Shown: positions 1 to 12,660 of the stretch, piece by piece
How positions within the stretch are numbered: position 1 is the first letter of the stretch
How the letters are laid out: every line of letters begins with the position of its first letter
Source of the DNA: Octopus sinensis
Lineage: Eukaryota
Direction: 5' to 3'
NCBI RefSeq assembly: GCF_006345805.1
Contig: NC_043008.1
Coordinates: 3,038,001 to 3,102,000 of the forward strand
Length of the DNA: 64,000 bases
Made by a program: the position numbers and the translations under genes
The notes under the pieces: model-generated
Databases searched by the model: none
What the model was told of the DNA's origin: nothing
Seen by the model: only the letters and a program-made list of their open reading frames with translations

Positions 1-115
1 TCGTTGAGTTAACTGAAATAACGTGAAATGAAGTTCCTACCCAGAGGACACAAAGCTTAGCTCGAACCGAGGATGAATTCCAACGATTTAACTATGTGCA
101 ACATAACACCCGGAC
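1..115 (-). mobile_element. Degenerate tRNA-derived SINE 5' part
   Basis: aactgaaataacgtgaaatgaagttcctacccagaggacaca...gaaccgaggatgaattc resembles the reverse complement of a tRNA head plus CORE-like segment; highly diverged. Confidence 0.4.
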
Positions 116-487
116 TATTTAGTTATTCTGACAGGAAGCAGACTAAAAGATGTTTTTGTAGTGGCACCGGGTTTAATTATAGTTCGGATCGATCGAAGCA
201 AATCCAAAACCATAAATAAAGTGAATAGAAGGGAAGGCAAAACAAAATCGAAAACAGCAATAACATCAACACCAATAAAATAATCGGATAAAACACGAAG
301 ATAGACATTTCCGTAAAAACAGATGGAAATTCGTAATTATCGGAAGGAAAGTCAGACTTTAAATTAATCTTCAACATCTGTAGGCATGAAAGTTAGAAAG
401 TAGGGGTCACTTCAAGACTAGGAATTCTGAGAGTTCATTGTGATTTTCGCTCCGTTCTTTCACAACATATTTTTTCACGATGCAGCC

Positions 488-790
488 ATACATACATACA
501 AATACACAAACATACATAGACACACAAACATATATACATACATACATACATACATACACAAACATACATACATGCATACATATAAATATACATACGTGTG
601 TATACCTAATACATATGTGTGTGTATTGTGTACGTATATGTATATTAATATGCAGTGCATGTACGTATATGCGTGTGCATAATTGTACATATGTATAGCT
701 TTTACTTCATGTATTTAAACATAAATGTACATACAGGTTGGCGTATGTGTGTGTGTGAGTGCGGGAGTGTGCGGAAGTGTTTGTGTGTGT
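488..790. repeat. (TACA)n/(TG)n low-complexity tract
   Basis: Visible TACA, TA and TG repeats; explains the ORFs at 440-892. Confidence 0.9.
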
Positions 791-1176
791 AGAAAACGGT
801 AAGTAAAACATCGCAAGGAATACTATTTTGTACGTGATTTCTGCAAATCTTTGAAACATATTACCATTTATTTTTTTCATCACTTTTTTCATGTATTATA
901 CTTAAAATGACCCAAGGTTCAAAAGTGTTGTAAGTTCGTAGAAAAGTCTATAATAACAACAACAAAAAGAACAAGACACCATGATGACTTGAAAAGAAAC
1001 AAAAGGTCAGAAAATATCAAAAATAAAAAAAAAATAATAATGAATTTAAATAAAAAAACAACCATTGCCTTCAGAGATATTGGAATCTTCTACTGTCCAA
1101 TAAAACACTTCATCCCTTTGATGCGTGCTATTTCCAAATATTTTCAGTCTATATTAGGCATTCACTGTAATAGTAA

Positions 1177-1253
1177 AAACAACAACAACAATAATGATAA
1201 TGATTATGATGATGATGATGATGATGATGCTAATAATAATAATAATAATAATG

Positions 1254-1315
<62 letters not shown>

Positions 1316-1392
1316 TGTGAGGATACTATTAATATCAATAAGTTTCATTATAAATTTTGTTGTTATTTTTATTATTGTTATTATTATTATTA

Positions 1393-1448
<56 letters not shown>

Positions 1449-1471
1449 ATTATTTTTATTATTATTATTAC

Positions 1472-1516
<45 letters not shown>
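1177..1516. repeat. Compound trinucleotide tract: (AAC/GAT/AAT)n followed by (TTA)n
   Basis: Direct reading; produces the poly-N/D/Y/I ORFs. Confidence 0.95.
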
Positions 1517-2358
1517 AGCAAAGCTATTTTTAATATAAGAATTGCATTCTTTTACCAGTGTAGCTCTTCAAAGATGTTTTATGAAAGAATCTATGTATAT
1601 AACAGTGGGTGAGACACAATGCAAATGGTGTGAAAATGAATAGCGCAAACAACAGGATAATATGTCTCAAACCAGATCTATATCAAACTTAGATTTCCAA
1701 TAAGAGTGATGCGTCAGGATAAACGGTAATGCGATAACATAAAGCTTTTTTTCTTAACTCTGTATTATTTAAGTTCAAATTCGCACAGAATTGACAACAC
1801 TTTCTTCCATCGAAGGACAATTAATTGTGCAGCACTAATTTACTGCCGTTGATTAATTGGTACAGAGAATCCATTTGCCTGCTAACTGTATTCGAATTGA
1901 TGACAGGTTCTGAGATCTCCAGCATTATCTCTGCCATCCCGTTATTTTCTTCTTTTGTTACTTTTAGCTTATATATGCACCCCGACTTCCATATTTCGAG
2001 TGTGTGCGAGAGTAAGAGTGTGTGTATGGATGTTTATGCATTTGTGTGTTGCGTGCACAATTTATAGAGTTAAATATCAAACGTTTCATCAAAGGTTTTT
2101 TTCGATTTAATACATTACCTGTTCGAAGCCTCACTTTAGATGTAATATGACTGGAGATTGTTCTCTTACATTATTCTACACCTGCCATATTTTTGCCTCT
2201 TCTACATAAGCTGTTATTTCAAGTGAACAGAGAAAGTAAATTTGGCATGTAACAATAAGACTTTCGTGAGATTTATCTAATAAAATGCCTTAATGTTAGT
2301 GGTGTTGTTGCTGATATTAAGCAGTGCATAGATTTTGATTGAGTATATCTAAGATCAA

Positions 2359-2361
2359 TGT

Positions 2362-2394
<33 letters not shown>

Positions 2395-2408
2395 ACACAC
2401 ACACACAC

Positions 2409-2451
<43 letters not shown>
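2359..2451. repeat. (TACA)(CA)n(TA)n microsatellite
   Basis: Direct reading. Confidence 0.95.
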
Positions 2452-2454
<3 letters not shown>

Positions 2455-2519
2455 GTTAGGCTCATCATATTTTAAGAAGCATTTAGCATTAATTTGCTGC
2501 TAAATACTTCTTAACATGT

Positions 2520-3130
2520 CATATCTACTATCTGAGTGCATGAATGATTCCGGGAAGATTGGGTTTAGCTTTCTCGATATAACGAACAGGTATGAGCACA
2601 TTTTCCTTTACGTTAAGCAATCAAGCACCAAGATGAATATCCAGCTTATAGTATGTTGTAGTACGACAATCATATAGAATATCCTTCAGAATAGAAGGTG
2701 TAGAGGTTAAGAATCTAATAAGATAAAATACTGTATCTGTTAATTGTACGTTTAACGATTTGGTCAGTAAAGGAGAGATTAACAACGAATGGCCAGAGTA
2801 GGTTATGAGGTTCTTCGAAAGACATTAGGTGGCATGGCTGCAGCTGATACAGCCATATGTCACGGATGGTTGGGTTTAGCTATTGGGAAGACAATTACCA
2901 TTGTGGGTTGGAGGTTTGTCTATGATAACAGTATCAAGAATTAGAAATGCTAAGTATGGGAAAAGTAAATCAATAAAAAGCGATATTACGTCCAGTATCA
3001 ATGTTTCCAATGTCTCCTTTATTTCATATTTTTTCAATTCCTTTCGATTCCATTTTGCACAATTCGACGTCATTTTCAAGAGTTTCAGTAGTAAATCACA
3101 TTCTTTTTTTAAATTAGCGAGAACTTCTTA
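2520..3130 (-). mobile_element. Decayed Penelope-like retroelement (RT and GIY-YIG remnants)
   Basis: Minus ORF 2876-3079 has LDVISLF (PLE RT DVxSLFT motif) and DKPPTHNGNCL (RKPTHTxxYL motif); further downstream YIEKAKPNL..IIH resembles GIY-YIG YIGxTxRxL..RI.EH. Internally deleted, many stops. Confidence 0.6.
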
Positions 3131-3194
3131 GCGATTCAGTCAGTCGCACTTTATAAACAGGGGAAGGATTGTCTTGAGATGTGACCGTGGGCCT

Positions 3195-3490
3195 GAATGC
3201 TTCTTTTGCTACCAACTTGTTCCAGGTTTAGTCTTACGGTGCCGAAATGTAGCGGAAATCTTCTAATATAACGTTTGGTCGAACTGCGCTCCGTAAACGA
3301 ATTTGAATAACGCAAACTATGTAAGAGGGTTAGTATCTTTTACATCCACCAATTAAAAGTTTGGGAAAATCGCTTTAGTGAATAGGTTGCAGATATAAAA
3401 TGATGTCTACAGGAGTGGAATTGATCGTCTGAAACTTGCAATGCGATGCCCCAGCGCGGCCACTACGCAAACACTGAAAGGTTTGAAAAA
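3195..3490 (+). mobile_element. Old copy of SINE family 2
   Basis: Diverged similarity to 7420-7808 (ttccaggtttagtc head; gccccagcgcggcc...ctgaaa tail). Confidence 0.45.
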
Positions 3491-3859
3491 TAATCTATTG
3501 GTTGTATATACTCACAAATGGATGTATGTGCGTGTATGTGTGTGTGTGTGTGAGTGTGTGCTTGATTGTATGTGCTTTACTTTCTTTCATATACATTGGC
3601 GAAAGATATAAGAATAAATTTTCTTATCAGATAAACATTAAAAAGTGTTAAACATATTTCTCAATCAAAAATTTTGCTAACATATTAAATAGTTAAGTTC
3701 AAAAGAATCTGAATCAAAACCACTTTTATCATAGCGCTACGGTAAACAGCACAATTGCGTCGTCAAGCGGATGCTTGTATTTCTGGTATGGGAGGAGGCA
3801 ACGTCTATATAATACACACGGTTATTAAACGTATATAATTAAAATACATGCGCAGATCT

Positions 3860-3970
3860 GCTGCAGCGTCCGATATAATAGGCTTCTGCTATTCGTTACG
3901 TCTTCCTGTTCGGAGTTCAAATGCTGTGCAGGACAACTTTGCCTTTCATTAATTCAGCTTCCATAAAGGA
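3860..3970 (+). mobile_element. Old fragment of SINE family 1
   Basis: gttcggagttcaaatgc...aactttgcctttcat matches the B-box and central domain of 21511-21745. Confidence 0.55.
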
Positions 3971-6539
3971 AGATTCCTTTTCGATTGTTGTATTTTCTCG
4001 CTTTTGCTTTTATAATTTAAATATGGGAATTTAACATCCCGGATTTTTCACATAGCGTCAGGATGATTCGCCTGGAATTTGACATTAAGAGGAACACCTA
4101 CCACATAGCAATCGTTTACACAGTAATGTTACGATGAATTAAGACAACTAAATACTTATTGGGAGAACCGATTGGGTTCCCAATATCACCTCTACCATCA
4201 CCAAAACCGCTGTGATTATTTTACCAACAGATTTCGGTTAATTCTTTCTAATATAGAATTTCGTTGGTTTATTACATTTTCAGGATTTCATTTGCTGCTT
4301 TTATCGTTCACTCTCGCCCCAGATCGGCAATAACTACGATTCCATTGCCGATGATGAAGCGACCACAACCTGGAAGAGAATTATTTACTCTGAAATAAGA
4401 AGCGTTAAACCTATGCTATCACACACGATTACGGCAAAAAACTTATTGGATTTGGGATATGAAGCGTGCATGTAATATGAATAATCGTATCTCACATGTT
4501 CTCGGTGTTTACGACGTGTGTTATGTGTAACAGCGTTTACAACATCTATACAGCATGGTGTAAATGTAACAGCTATCGCTAAAAGGAAAGAAAAAATAGC
4601 AGCGACACCAGACGGAATGTAAGAGTCGATATACTCACGATTCTGTCTGTCTTATTTATTACAGAGATACTATTTATATATGTTAAATGTGCAAGTCAGT
4701 TGTATTTCTCAAAAGATAACATATAGTCAGAATGAGTTAATGTAGAGAAATGATATTGCTTGTTGTTCAACGGCAGAGAAACGACGGCATTGCGAGTTGA
4801 CAGCTATATTGATTTCATTTGGCAGCACTGTCTACTAACAAGATGTGATCAGCACACTAAGCAAGATTTAAATTCTTCGTTGAATAAATGATGCAACCAT
4901 ACTTTTAGAAGACAGCATGTTCCTCAATAGAAAAGGAAAAAATAAACTTATCTCATATGCATGTAAACATTTCTTTTACCACGTAAAACAAGGTAGATTA
5001 TGACGAAAATTAATACAAAAAAGACAGAATTATAATGATCTAGAATAATAACACAAATAAATAAATGTAAATATTTCTCCCCAACTGAAATAATTTTTAA
5101 TGCACCAAAGTCTGAATCAAGATCTTGTTAATAGGATTATATAATTTGTCGGATTATTAACTTCATCTTTGGAGATCAATTATATTGCAATACTTACATC
5201 ACAACTGTCTGGTGCTTCGTACGCTTCCGGGAAAATGACACCAAAAGAGATCAATGATCAAATATATCGAACAGGAGTTTGGATGGAATCTAATATAGAG
5301 GAATTCGGTACTTGTACGCATTAATGAATAAACTGCCCCATGACGACCGTCATCGTGTATTTTATTCTCTGGTGAATACCTTTGGCAATGAAAATGTAGA
5401 ACTTTTGTCTCTATGGAGAAAGTTTAATCTCGAAAATTTACGCAGTATATCTTGTTATCAACTCGTATCATTTTCCGTTACATATTTTAAATAGGAGTGG
5501 CAAAATAACAGGTACATCAGAGTGTCGAAGAAACAGATTCCAACTATTTGATCTTTCTCTCTATAAACTGAGTTCAAACCCTGTCAACTCAATTTTCAGT
5601 GTCGAAGAATTAATGAATCGTCGTTCAAAGTAATCACGAGGACAATATCGGCGAGGAGCATCACCTCCCCATTGCTACTCTTTTGCCTGAATAAGATATT
5701 ACTATTACTTATTCCAAATAGGGTGATAAGCTTGCGATTTAGTCAGAACGTAGGAAAACTGCCACGTGAATTGTTAAAACTCTTTATGCTTCGATACAAC
5801 CAATCTAATCACGGTTAACTTGGCATTTCTTCTCTCTGGGGTCAATAAAGGAACAACCCAGCGTCACCTTAATGCTCAATTCAAAATCAATGGCCATTGT
5901 TAGTTGTTCCAAGTTATTACTAGGTCAGTAATGTTGTGTAACAATTGTTAACACATCCTTGCGTAGCGTTACCACGCTCAAGTAAGAGCTCCCGCTTGTG
6001 CTTAGCCAACTTCTAAGAAGAAACGGCAGTGTTCTGCATCCAGCATTACAAGCTTCATAAAGCTAGAATAATTCTGCTGGTTTATGGATAACTTAATACT
6101 ACACAACAGCAATACCAGGAACAAGTGGTCAGTGTTGGAAACGATTTGGCTGTTAAACAAGGAAACACCGAGCTTTAAAATGTAAATTGGGGGCTACGGT
6201 CAACCCTAGGGTTAGGTTATGTTTCTTCCAGGTAATCCCGTTGCTTTTCTATTTCGAAAGAGATTATTCTGGACCTCATCCATGTCTTTGTTTTTGTTGT
6301 ATTTACGAACTATTTGTTAATCCCAAACTATAGCTCAGAATTCTATATGAAAATTATATCGCATTGTAACAAACCCAAATATTTTGATAACCTTTACTAA
6401 TCATGGAATCATATATTGGCATTACATATAATAATTAATTTTAAGTAGCTGTTATGCTGATTCGCTCTCTTACAAAATTAATAAGAAAATTAAATGGAGA
6501 TAATGAGGGTCAATTAAAATTCTCTACTTTGATCCCCAA

Positions 6540-7260
6540 TTTAATCTAGATCACTTGAAATACGCCGGTGTGATTCGCTGACATCTCCTGCTCACTTGAA
6601 TACCATTTTGTATTCCAACATGACTGCCAAATAATTTAAGGCACTTAACAATCCGGAAAATGGGAATCATGCCATAGGAATCTTTAATATTTATTCCCTT
6701 TCAAAGTTTTTCATGGTTTTCATCAATTGTCAATACACATCAGTCCATCTGTCACCTTGTAATTCCATTAGGATTCTTGCAGTGCCTCAAATATTCCTGG
6801 TTCTGTTCGCTAGATATTCATGCATGTCAGCTGTCAGTCAGCAAGTGATTGGCAGGTAGATATTACTTGTATCCGTCACTCGATTTTCTGACTGTATCGC
6901 ATCTTCATTTTTGAAATAATATCCAAATCGGATGTAGACCATGTTTTCCGAAAGAAAAGCAGTCGACGAAGAAATTACATATTCCAAGGTATGAAACCAG
7001 ATAGTGTGTATCTGTAAAAGAAGGAATAAAATAGCCAAGATGGTTAAGGCTGGAATACCTAATGTTCGCAAGAACAGTTGCTGACAATAGATGTCCTCAC
7101 ACTATATAACCACAACATCAACAAAAGCTAAAACCCTGTTACCTTCCACTCAAGTGATCACAAGTTACCTTTTGGCTTTCAAATACAAATTTATTACTTC
7201 TGACTGAAAGCATTGTGTTTGACATATGTTTCATGATTTCCGATTCAGCATTTTCATTAG
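6540..7260 (-). mobile_element. Decayed R4/Dong-type LINE reverse transcriptase fragment
   Basis: Minus-strand translation gives SNIYLPITC (NYRPITCL motif) and DSYGMIPIFRIVKCLKLFG (KAxDxVPHSWIxECL motif). Confidence 0.65.
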
Positions 7261-7419
7261 TATTTTGAGGCCGATAATTAAGGGATTCTGCTTTGCCTGT
7301 TTGACTTTTTACATTACAAAACTCCTATGAAATATACCCATTTATGTACAAGGAGCTGCTATGGATATGACTGCCACGGATTTAATCCACGATTTACTGG
7401 CGTGATCAGAGTTTACCTC

Positions 7420-7592
7420 AGGTAAGTGGAAACGTACTTGTGCGGTAAGAAACATAGTTCCAAACCGCATAGTTCCGGGTTCAATCCCACGGGATGGCAC
7501 CCTAAACAAGTTTCTTCTACAATAGCCTCGGGCTGACCAAAACCTCATGAGTGGATTTGGTAGAGGAAACTGAAAGAAGCCCGTCGTATATA

Positions 7593-7625
<33 letters not shown>

Positions 7626-7808
7626 TTGTTTGTACTCCGCTTGTCAACTAGTGTTGTACAGTTTACATACCCATAACTTAGCGGTTCAGTAAAAGGGGGT
7701 TGATAGAATGAGTACTAGGATCGATTCATTAGACTAAAAAGAATTATTGAAGGTGTAGCCCCAGCATGGTCACAGTCTAATGACTGAAACCAAAGAAAGA
7801 TAAAAGAA
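7420..7808 (+). mobile_element. SINE family 2, near full length, with internal (TG)n
   Basis: tRNA-like head with B-box gggttcaatccc; body gtggatttggtagaggaaactgaaagaagcccgtcg; internal microsatellite; tail ccccagcatggtcacagtctaatgactgaaac...agataaaaga. Related copies at 10745, 24589, 25305 and 27140. Confidence 0.8.
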
Positions 7809-8530
7809 ATACTCAAATTTTATTAAGTATTTAACATTAGACATTGGCTGGAACGTCGCTGAGTGGAATGAAAGTTAAAGAAAGTTCATGCCTCGAGAAT
7901 AGAAACCGGGAAGTAACTGTCATAAGCCAAACACCCACACCACTACTACTCAAACGTTCATATACATTCCTTATCCATGGTGGAGTAATAATTCACTTCA
8001 GGTAAGCACACTTGTAATAAGCAATATTTTTCACATTTCGAATTAAAGCTATTTATCTGCTGGCGTCTAGTTTTTTTCATACGATTTCGTTTTTTATTTA
8101 GCTTTCGTCTACAAGATGTATGATGAAATATGCTTCAACCTAAAACATTCCCTTTGCTCTTATAGATATAATTTATCTTCCACTAAAATATTCAATAGGT
8201 AGAGCAATAAGAAATTGAATGAAGTCTTGCAGCGTTTGTTAGGCGTTTCAGGTAGTATTGCATCATATAACAGTGGTGTCAGTTCTAGAATGAAGACCAT
8301 TTTCGGTAAGATATCTATTTCTACTTCATACAAAACATTTTGTGAATTTGCTGCATAACTATTCTGAAAATTACGAAAATTTTCTGAGAGCTCTTTATTC
8401 CATCCTGATGTTCTGCTGCCTTTGTATTTCTTCCCTTGTGCTGCCTTTATTTCTCTTTTGGCATGGAGGTTACACTTCTCTCGCTCTCTCTACCTTCATT
8501 CTCACTTTCTAACATTCTCCCTCTCTCAAC

Positions 8531-8534
<4 letters not shown>

Positions 8535-8572
<38 letters not shown>

Positions 8573-8600
8573 ACTCTGTCTCTCTCACTCTTCTTTCTCC
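8535..8600. repeat. (CT)n microsatellite
   Basis: Direct reading. Confidence 0.95.
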
Positions 8601-9299
8601 ATTCCTATACCTAGCTGTTATTTTATAGAATTGCCAAGACTTATCAAATTGTTTGCAGTTATTTTCTTATATTTCTTTTCTGTCATCGGCTATCGCTATG
8701 TTGCAAATGCCCATTTTCCTGAATATATTGGATTTATCTCGCATATTTTCGGAATAATTTGGATCAAAATTAGATATAGACTTTCTATGTCAAGTGATAG
8801 AACGAATGTGACAACACAGGAACTTTTGTTCACACTTCTCTCTACTCTAATACTTAAGCGTTCAATAGTTTTGGAGCGACTGCCACCAAGTAATTTCTTA
8901 GCAAATTCAATAAAGCATTCATAAAAATGCTTGTAAAAGACAATTGATGCTATTTACTTACAAAGCGTGGTCTTAACTCTGACCCTGCATACAACGCAGA
9001 ACAAGTTATCTATTAATGTTTTCATAATGTTCATACCGATTTTCGCTGCGAATCAGTTCTTACAATAAGGCCTATTAGTCTTTCGAACATTGTATTAATC
9101 TGTTTTATTCTATCTACAAGTATTTACCTAATGTATTATTTTTCCTATAAGATAACAGAGTATGATCGGCGGTCGGTTTTTCTAAAAGTCTGAATGACTA
9201 CGAAATGAATCCTCTGCTCATTTAGGAAAATAATATGTGTTTACAGTATCTGTAGGCTAATGGCATTAGGGATATGATCAGTACAATGAACAGTCAGTG

Positions 9300-10150
9300 C
9301 GGAAGTTTAACAAAATCTCACCCCATTAGTTTAGTCTTTCGCTGTTGATAACGAAGTTTTCTAATGTACATTTGAACACCATGGACAGACCTATTTCCTG
9401 CAGCGTGACTTTTTTTTATTTAAGAAGAAATCCTTCACAAGTCGAAGTAATCTATAGTTATATCTGTTCCTCAAAAGGTATTTCTATCGATTTTAAAACC
9501 AAGAATCTATACAGAGGTTGGCTTTTTGATGACTGTTGCCAAGTCGGAAGACCGAGTGAGACGAGGGTGTGTGACTTCGGTGTTCATGTTTCCAAGTTAG
9601 CAATTATAAAGAATCTGATTCTTAAATTTTTTAACCTTGGAGTATTTACTTTTAGAATAATATACTATCAAAAACACAGATTGCTGGTTTTAGTGTGAGC
9701 TTCTCTATATATCGCACATCCATAACATAATTCTTAGAAAGAAGACATTTTCAATAGTTAAGAAAAGATATTCTGCGACGCAGAAGTTGCGGCTGGAATG
9801 ACTTTTATGGTAATTCTGCTCTTGTGTTTTCGGTTGTTCATCCGGGTGGGTGGCGTCCAAGTGAGTATGCCGGACCTTGTACTTATGACCTTGTATATAT
9901 GCAAATGGATGGAAATGAAATATTATTAATAGAGACTTATGTAGGTGGATATCATTGTATGTCAAATTTGATCATTTACGGTGCAGATAAAAACATGGTA
10001 AATCATATTAAATTGCGTTGTCAAGACAATTTAGCTAACAAAGCTTGACTGGAAATAAAGTTGAATATAATCTCTTCTCCAAAATACCACAAGGCTGGAA
10101 TCTTATCACTGCGATTACTTTCTATTTGTTCTGCTGCTTGATTACAGGAC
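9300..10150 (+). mobile_element. Highly decayed RTE-like LINE RT fragment
   Basis: cgagtgagacgagggtgtgtgacttcg = RVRRGCVTS (GVRQGCxxSP motif); downstream DGNEILLIETYV resembles the segment preceding the YLG motif. Confidence 0.45.
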
Positions 10151-10569
10151 GTAAACAACAAACCAACACCGGTTGCCAATCTGTGATTGGGAAGGACACA
10201 AACGCAATAACATAGACTCATGTACATACATGCGAGCACGCATGCTTACACACATATATATACATGTATATATTTAAAACATTTTTGTATAAGCAAATAA
10301 AGTTCCAATTCCATTATTTCGACTACAGCCTAACATTACTGACTGGTGAACCAGTTTCTTTCGTTTTGCATCAAGCCAATAACGTAGGATAACCATATGA
10401 ATCCATGAAGATGATCTACTCGATAATCACGGATAGTACAGACTACACTGTAATCACAACCAGGAATAAGGACTGCAATATTAAGAAACATATAATATGT
10501 GGAAGTACGCGTGTTGAGGCGTTAAATGTTTATATATTCTATCCAAGCGATCTTTGATAGAAGAACAGA

Positions 10570-10632
10570 CAGACAGGCAGATAGATAGACAGGCAGCCAA
10601 ACAAATAGATAGATAGACAGAGAGACAAACAA

Positions 10633-10693
<61 letters not shown>

Positions 10694-10708
10694 GATAGAT
10701 AGATAGAA
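10570..10708. repeat. (AGAT)n/(AGAC)n tetranucleotide tract
   Basis: Direct reading. Confidence 0.95.
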
Positions 10709-10744
10709 ATATATGCGTATATACATGTGCGCGCTTGTGTGTAT

Positions 10745-10850
10745 ACAACAGCTTCTTTCAGTCTCCCTCAAGGAAATCCATTCCCAAAGCCTACAGCGTC
10801 CCATTGTTATAGTAGAAGTAGTATAACCAATGTGCTGCGTACTGTCTGCT
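10745..10850 (-). mobile_element. SINE family 2 5' fragment
   Basis: gcttctttcagtctcc...aaatccattc...tatagtagaag is the reverse complement of the 7510-7585 body. Confidence 0.55.
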
Positions 10851-11529
10851 AATGCTTAGGGAATATTACTAATTTATTCCAACGAAAGGTAGTGACAAGA
10901 ATGGTGCAGTGTTTCAAGAATATGGTATTACACACGTTACAAGCAACATTTCAGAAGCTCGAAAACGAGTTGAAGGAATCGAATCTCTGGAATATATTGC
11001 ACATGGAACTGCTCCTAAACCAATAAAATACATATTGGAACAACAAAATGGAATGTTGTGAGATGTTCGTCAAATATTCAATGAAAACAATGTTCGAAGA
11101 GAAAAGGAAAATCAGGCGTCAGTCTATCATTCACAATATATTGAAATCCCTTTTTAAGGAAGTGAAAGCTGGGATAATATTTGCTAAGGGAGCGACTACA
11201 GAACCCTGTGATAAACTTACCTACATTTCGTTCAGTGTTTTCATTATGTCATTGGAAGTGAAAATAACGTTGTATTTTATGACGCTGGCAATAAATGTAT
11301 ATATTGAAATAACTTTGCAGAAGTTCTGATTCGAAAGAGTGTGTTAAAATCAATATATTTAAAACTAGAAGAACTCATACATAAATGCACGTTCCTGTAG
11401 TTCTTACTCTACATCTAGTTGTTTGTTCCCCAAACTATTTCTCTCCAAATCAACATGCGACTGTTTCACAGGTTATTGCTGATATAAATGTTTGTTTCCG
11501 AAAAGTGTTTGCATAAACAAAAATGTTTA

Positions 11530-11560
<31 letters not shown>

Positions 11561-11997
11561 TGTGTGTGTGTGTGTTAAGATATGTAGCTGTACCTGCTTG
11601 TGTTGGCAGGTGGTGCATCGTTTTATAGACAGAGACCTCGAAGCAGGTAATCCATGCGTGCATGAATATCCATACATATGTATATACATATATGTATACA
11701 ATTAAGGAGGAGAGGAAAAATTCCACGGTCTATGTATATACTCATTCAATCCATATTAACGAAATTCTCCAGGGTATACAAAGTACATACATGGATACAT
11801 TCACCTGTATGATATATAAAAAAAATCTATCAATTTACAAATACATACATGTACACGAAAATGCATAAATATATAAAAATTCATAGATAGATAGAATGTG
11901 TTTTCTCTCCTCCTAATTTTATATTTCTGAAGCTCTCTCGGAGCGCTAATCGGTCGGGCTGTATAACGTGGATATCTATATCACTTATTTCTTCATG

Positions 11998-12005
<8 letters not shown>

Positions 12006-12073
<68 letters not shown>
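12006..12073. repeat. (TA)n microsatellite
   Basis: Direct reading. Confidence 0.95.
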
Positions 12074-12077
<4 letters not shown>

Positions 12078-12260
12078 AGGCAGAACGTTTCACAATGAAA
12101 AGCAGCTTCACATGTGCTTCGGAGTACCTGATATAAGCACTAACCTGCTCTGCGTGTCGAGAGCAATACATAGACCAAACAAAAAATAGTCTACGTAAAA
12201 GAATGGCTCTTCACAGATCCCAGATGAAAATTCCCCAAAACAGAAAAATAGCATTTTAGA
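12074..12260 (+). mobile_element. Penelope-like GIY-YIG endonuclease fragment (pseudogenised)
   Basis: Translates as KQAERFTMKSSFTCASEYLI*ALTCSACREQYIDQTKNSLRKRMALHRSQ, matching the PLE GIY-YIG pattern xIYxxxCxxCxxxYIGQTxxxLRxRxxxHR. Confidence 0.8.
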
Positions 12261-12332
12261 CGTTTGCGACAATAACACATAGACATTTGCTCCTCCTCCT
12301 TCTTTTTATTCTCCTCCACCTCATCCTTCTTT

Positions 12333-12410
12333 TTCTTCTTCTTCTTCTTCTTCTTCTTCTTCTTCTTCTTCTTCTTCTTCTTCTTCTTCTTCTTCTTCTT
12401 CTTCTTCTTC
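12333..12410. repeat. (TTC)n microsatellite
   Basis: Direct reading. Confidence 0.95.
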
Positions 12411-12457
12411 CTCCTTACCAAGAATTCAGAACGACCTCGAACCCACAACAGTAAACA

Positions 12458-12660
12458 AGAGAGACAGGCAGAAACAAGGGAAATGCCCCTTGTATTTCAG
12501 CACTCTGCAAATATTCTTTTAAAAAACTTTTCTTTTAATTTTTCTAAAATTTGTTTTCCATGCTTACAGTTGAAAAAGTATCAATGACTGAAACCGGTAC
12601 TGAAATGTTTTTTATAAAATTATTTTAGCATTTTCCACCTTGACTTTTTTCCATATATAT
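12458..12660 (+). mobile_element. ~200-bp repeat, probable Penelope-type terminal repeat (copy 1)
   Basis: Clearly homologous to 56893-57095 (gagacaggcagaaacaagg...ttattttagcattttc..ccttgac..tttccatatat); downstream of and co-oriented with the GIY-YIG fragment; ends in (TA)n. Confidence 0.75.
12567..12602 (+). ncRNA. Minimal type-I hammerhead ribozyme motif, U3-A8 core variant
   Basis: CAG-UUGAAAA-AGU(AUCAAUG)ACU-GAAA-CCGG-UA-CUG: stem I CAG/CUG, stem II AGU/ACU, palindromic helix III ACCGGU, GUA cleavage triplet. Confidence 0.7.

Noticed and set aside
989-1612. 207-aa ORF and the many other Y/I/N/H/V/C-rich ORFs
   Set aside because: They are translations of microsatellites with no domain signal.
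4290-4460. Possible mariner fragment (ITAKNLLDLGYE)
   Set aside because: One short weak motif; not enough to call.
6202-6218. AACCCTAGGGTT palindrome resembling a telomere fusion
   Set aside because: Only about one unit per side; expected by chance.
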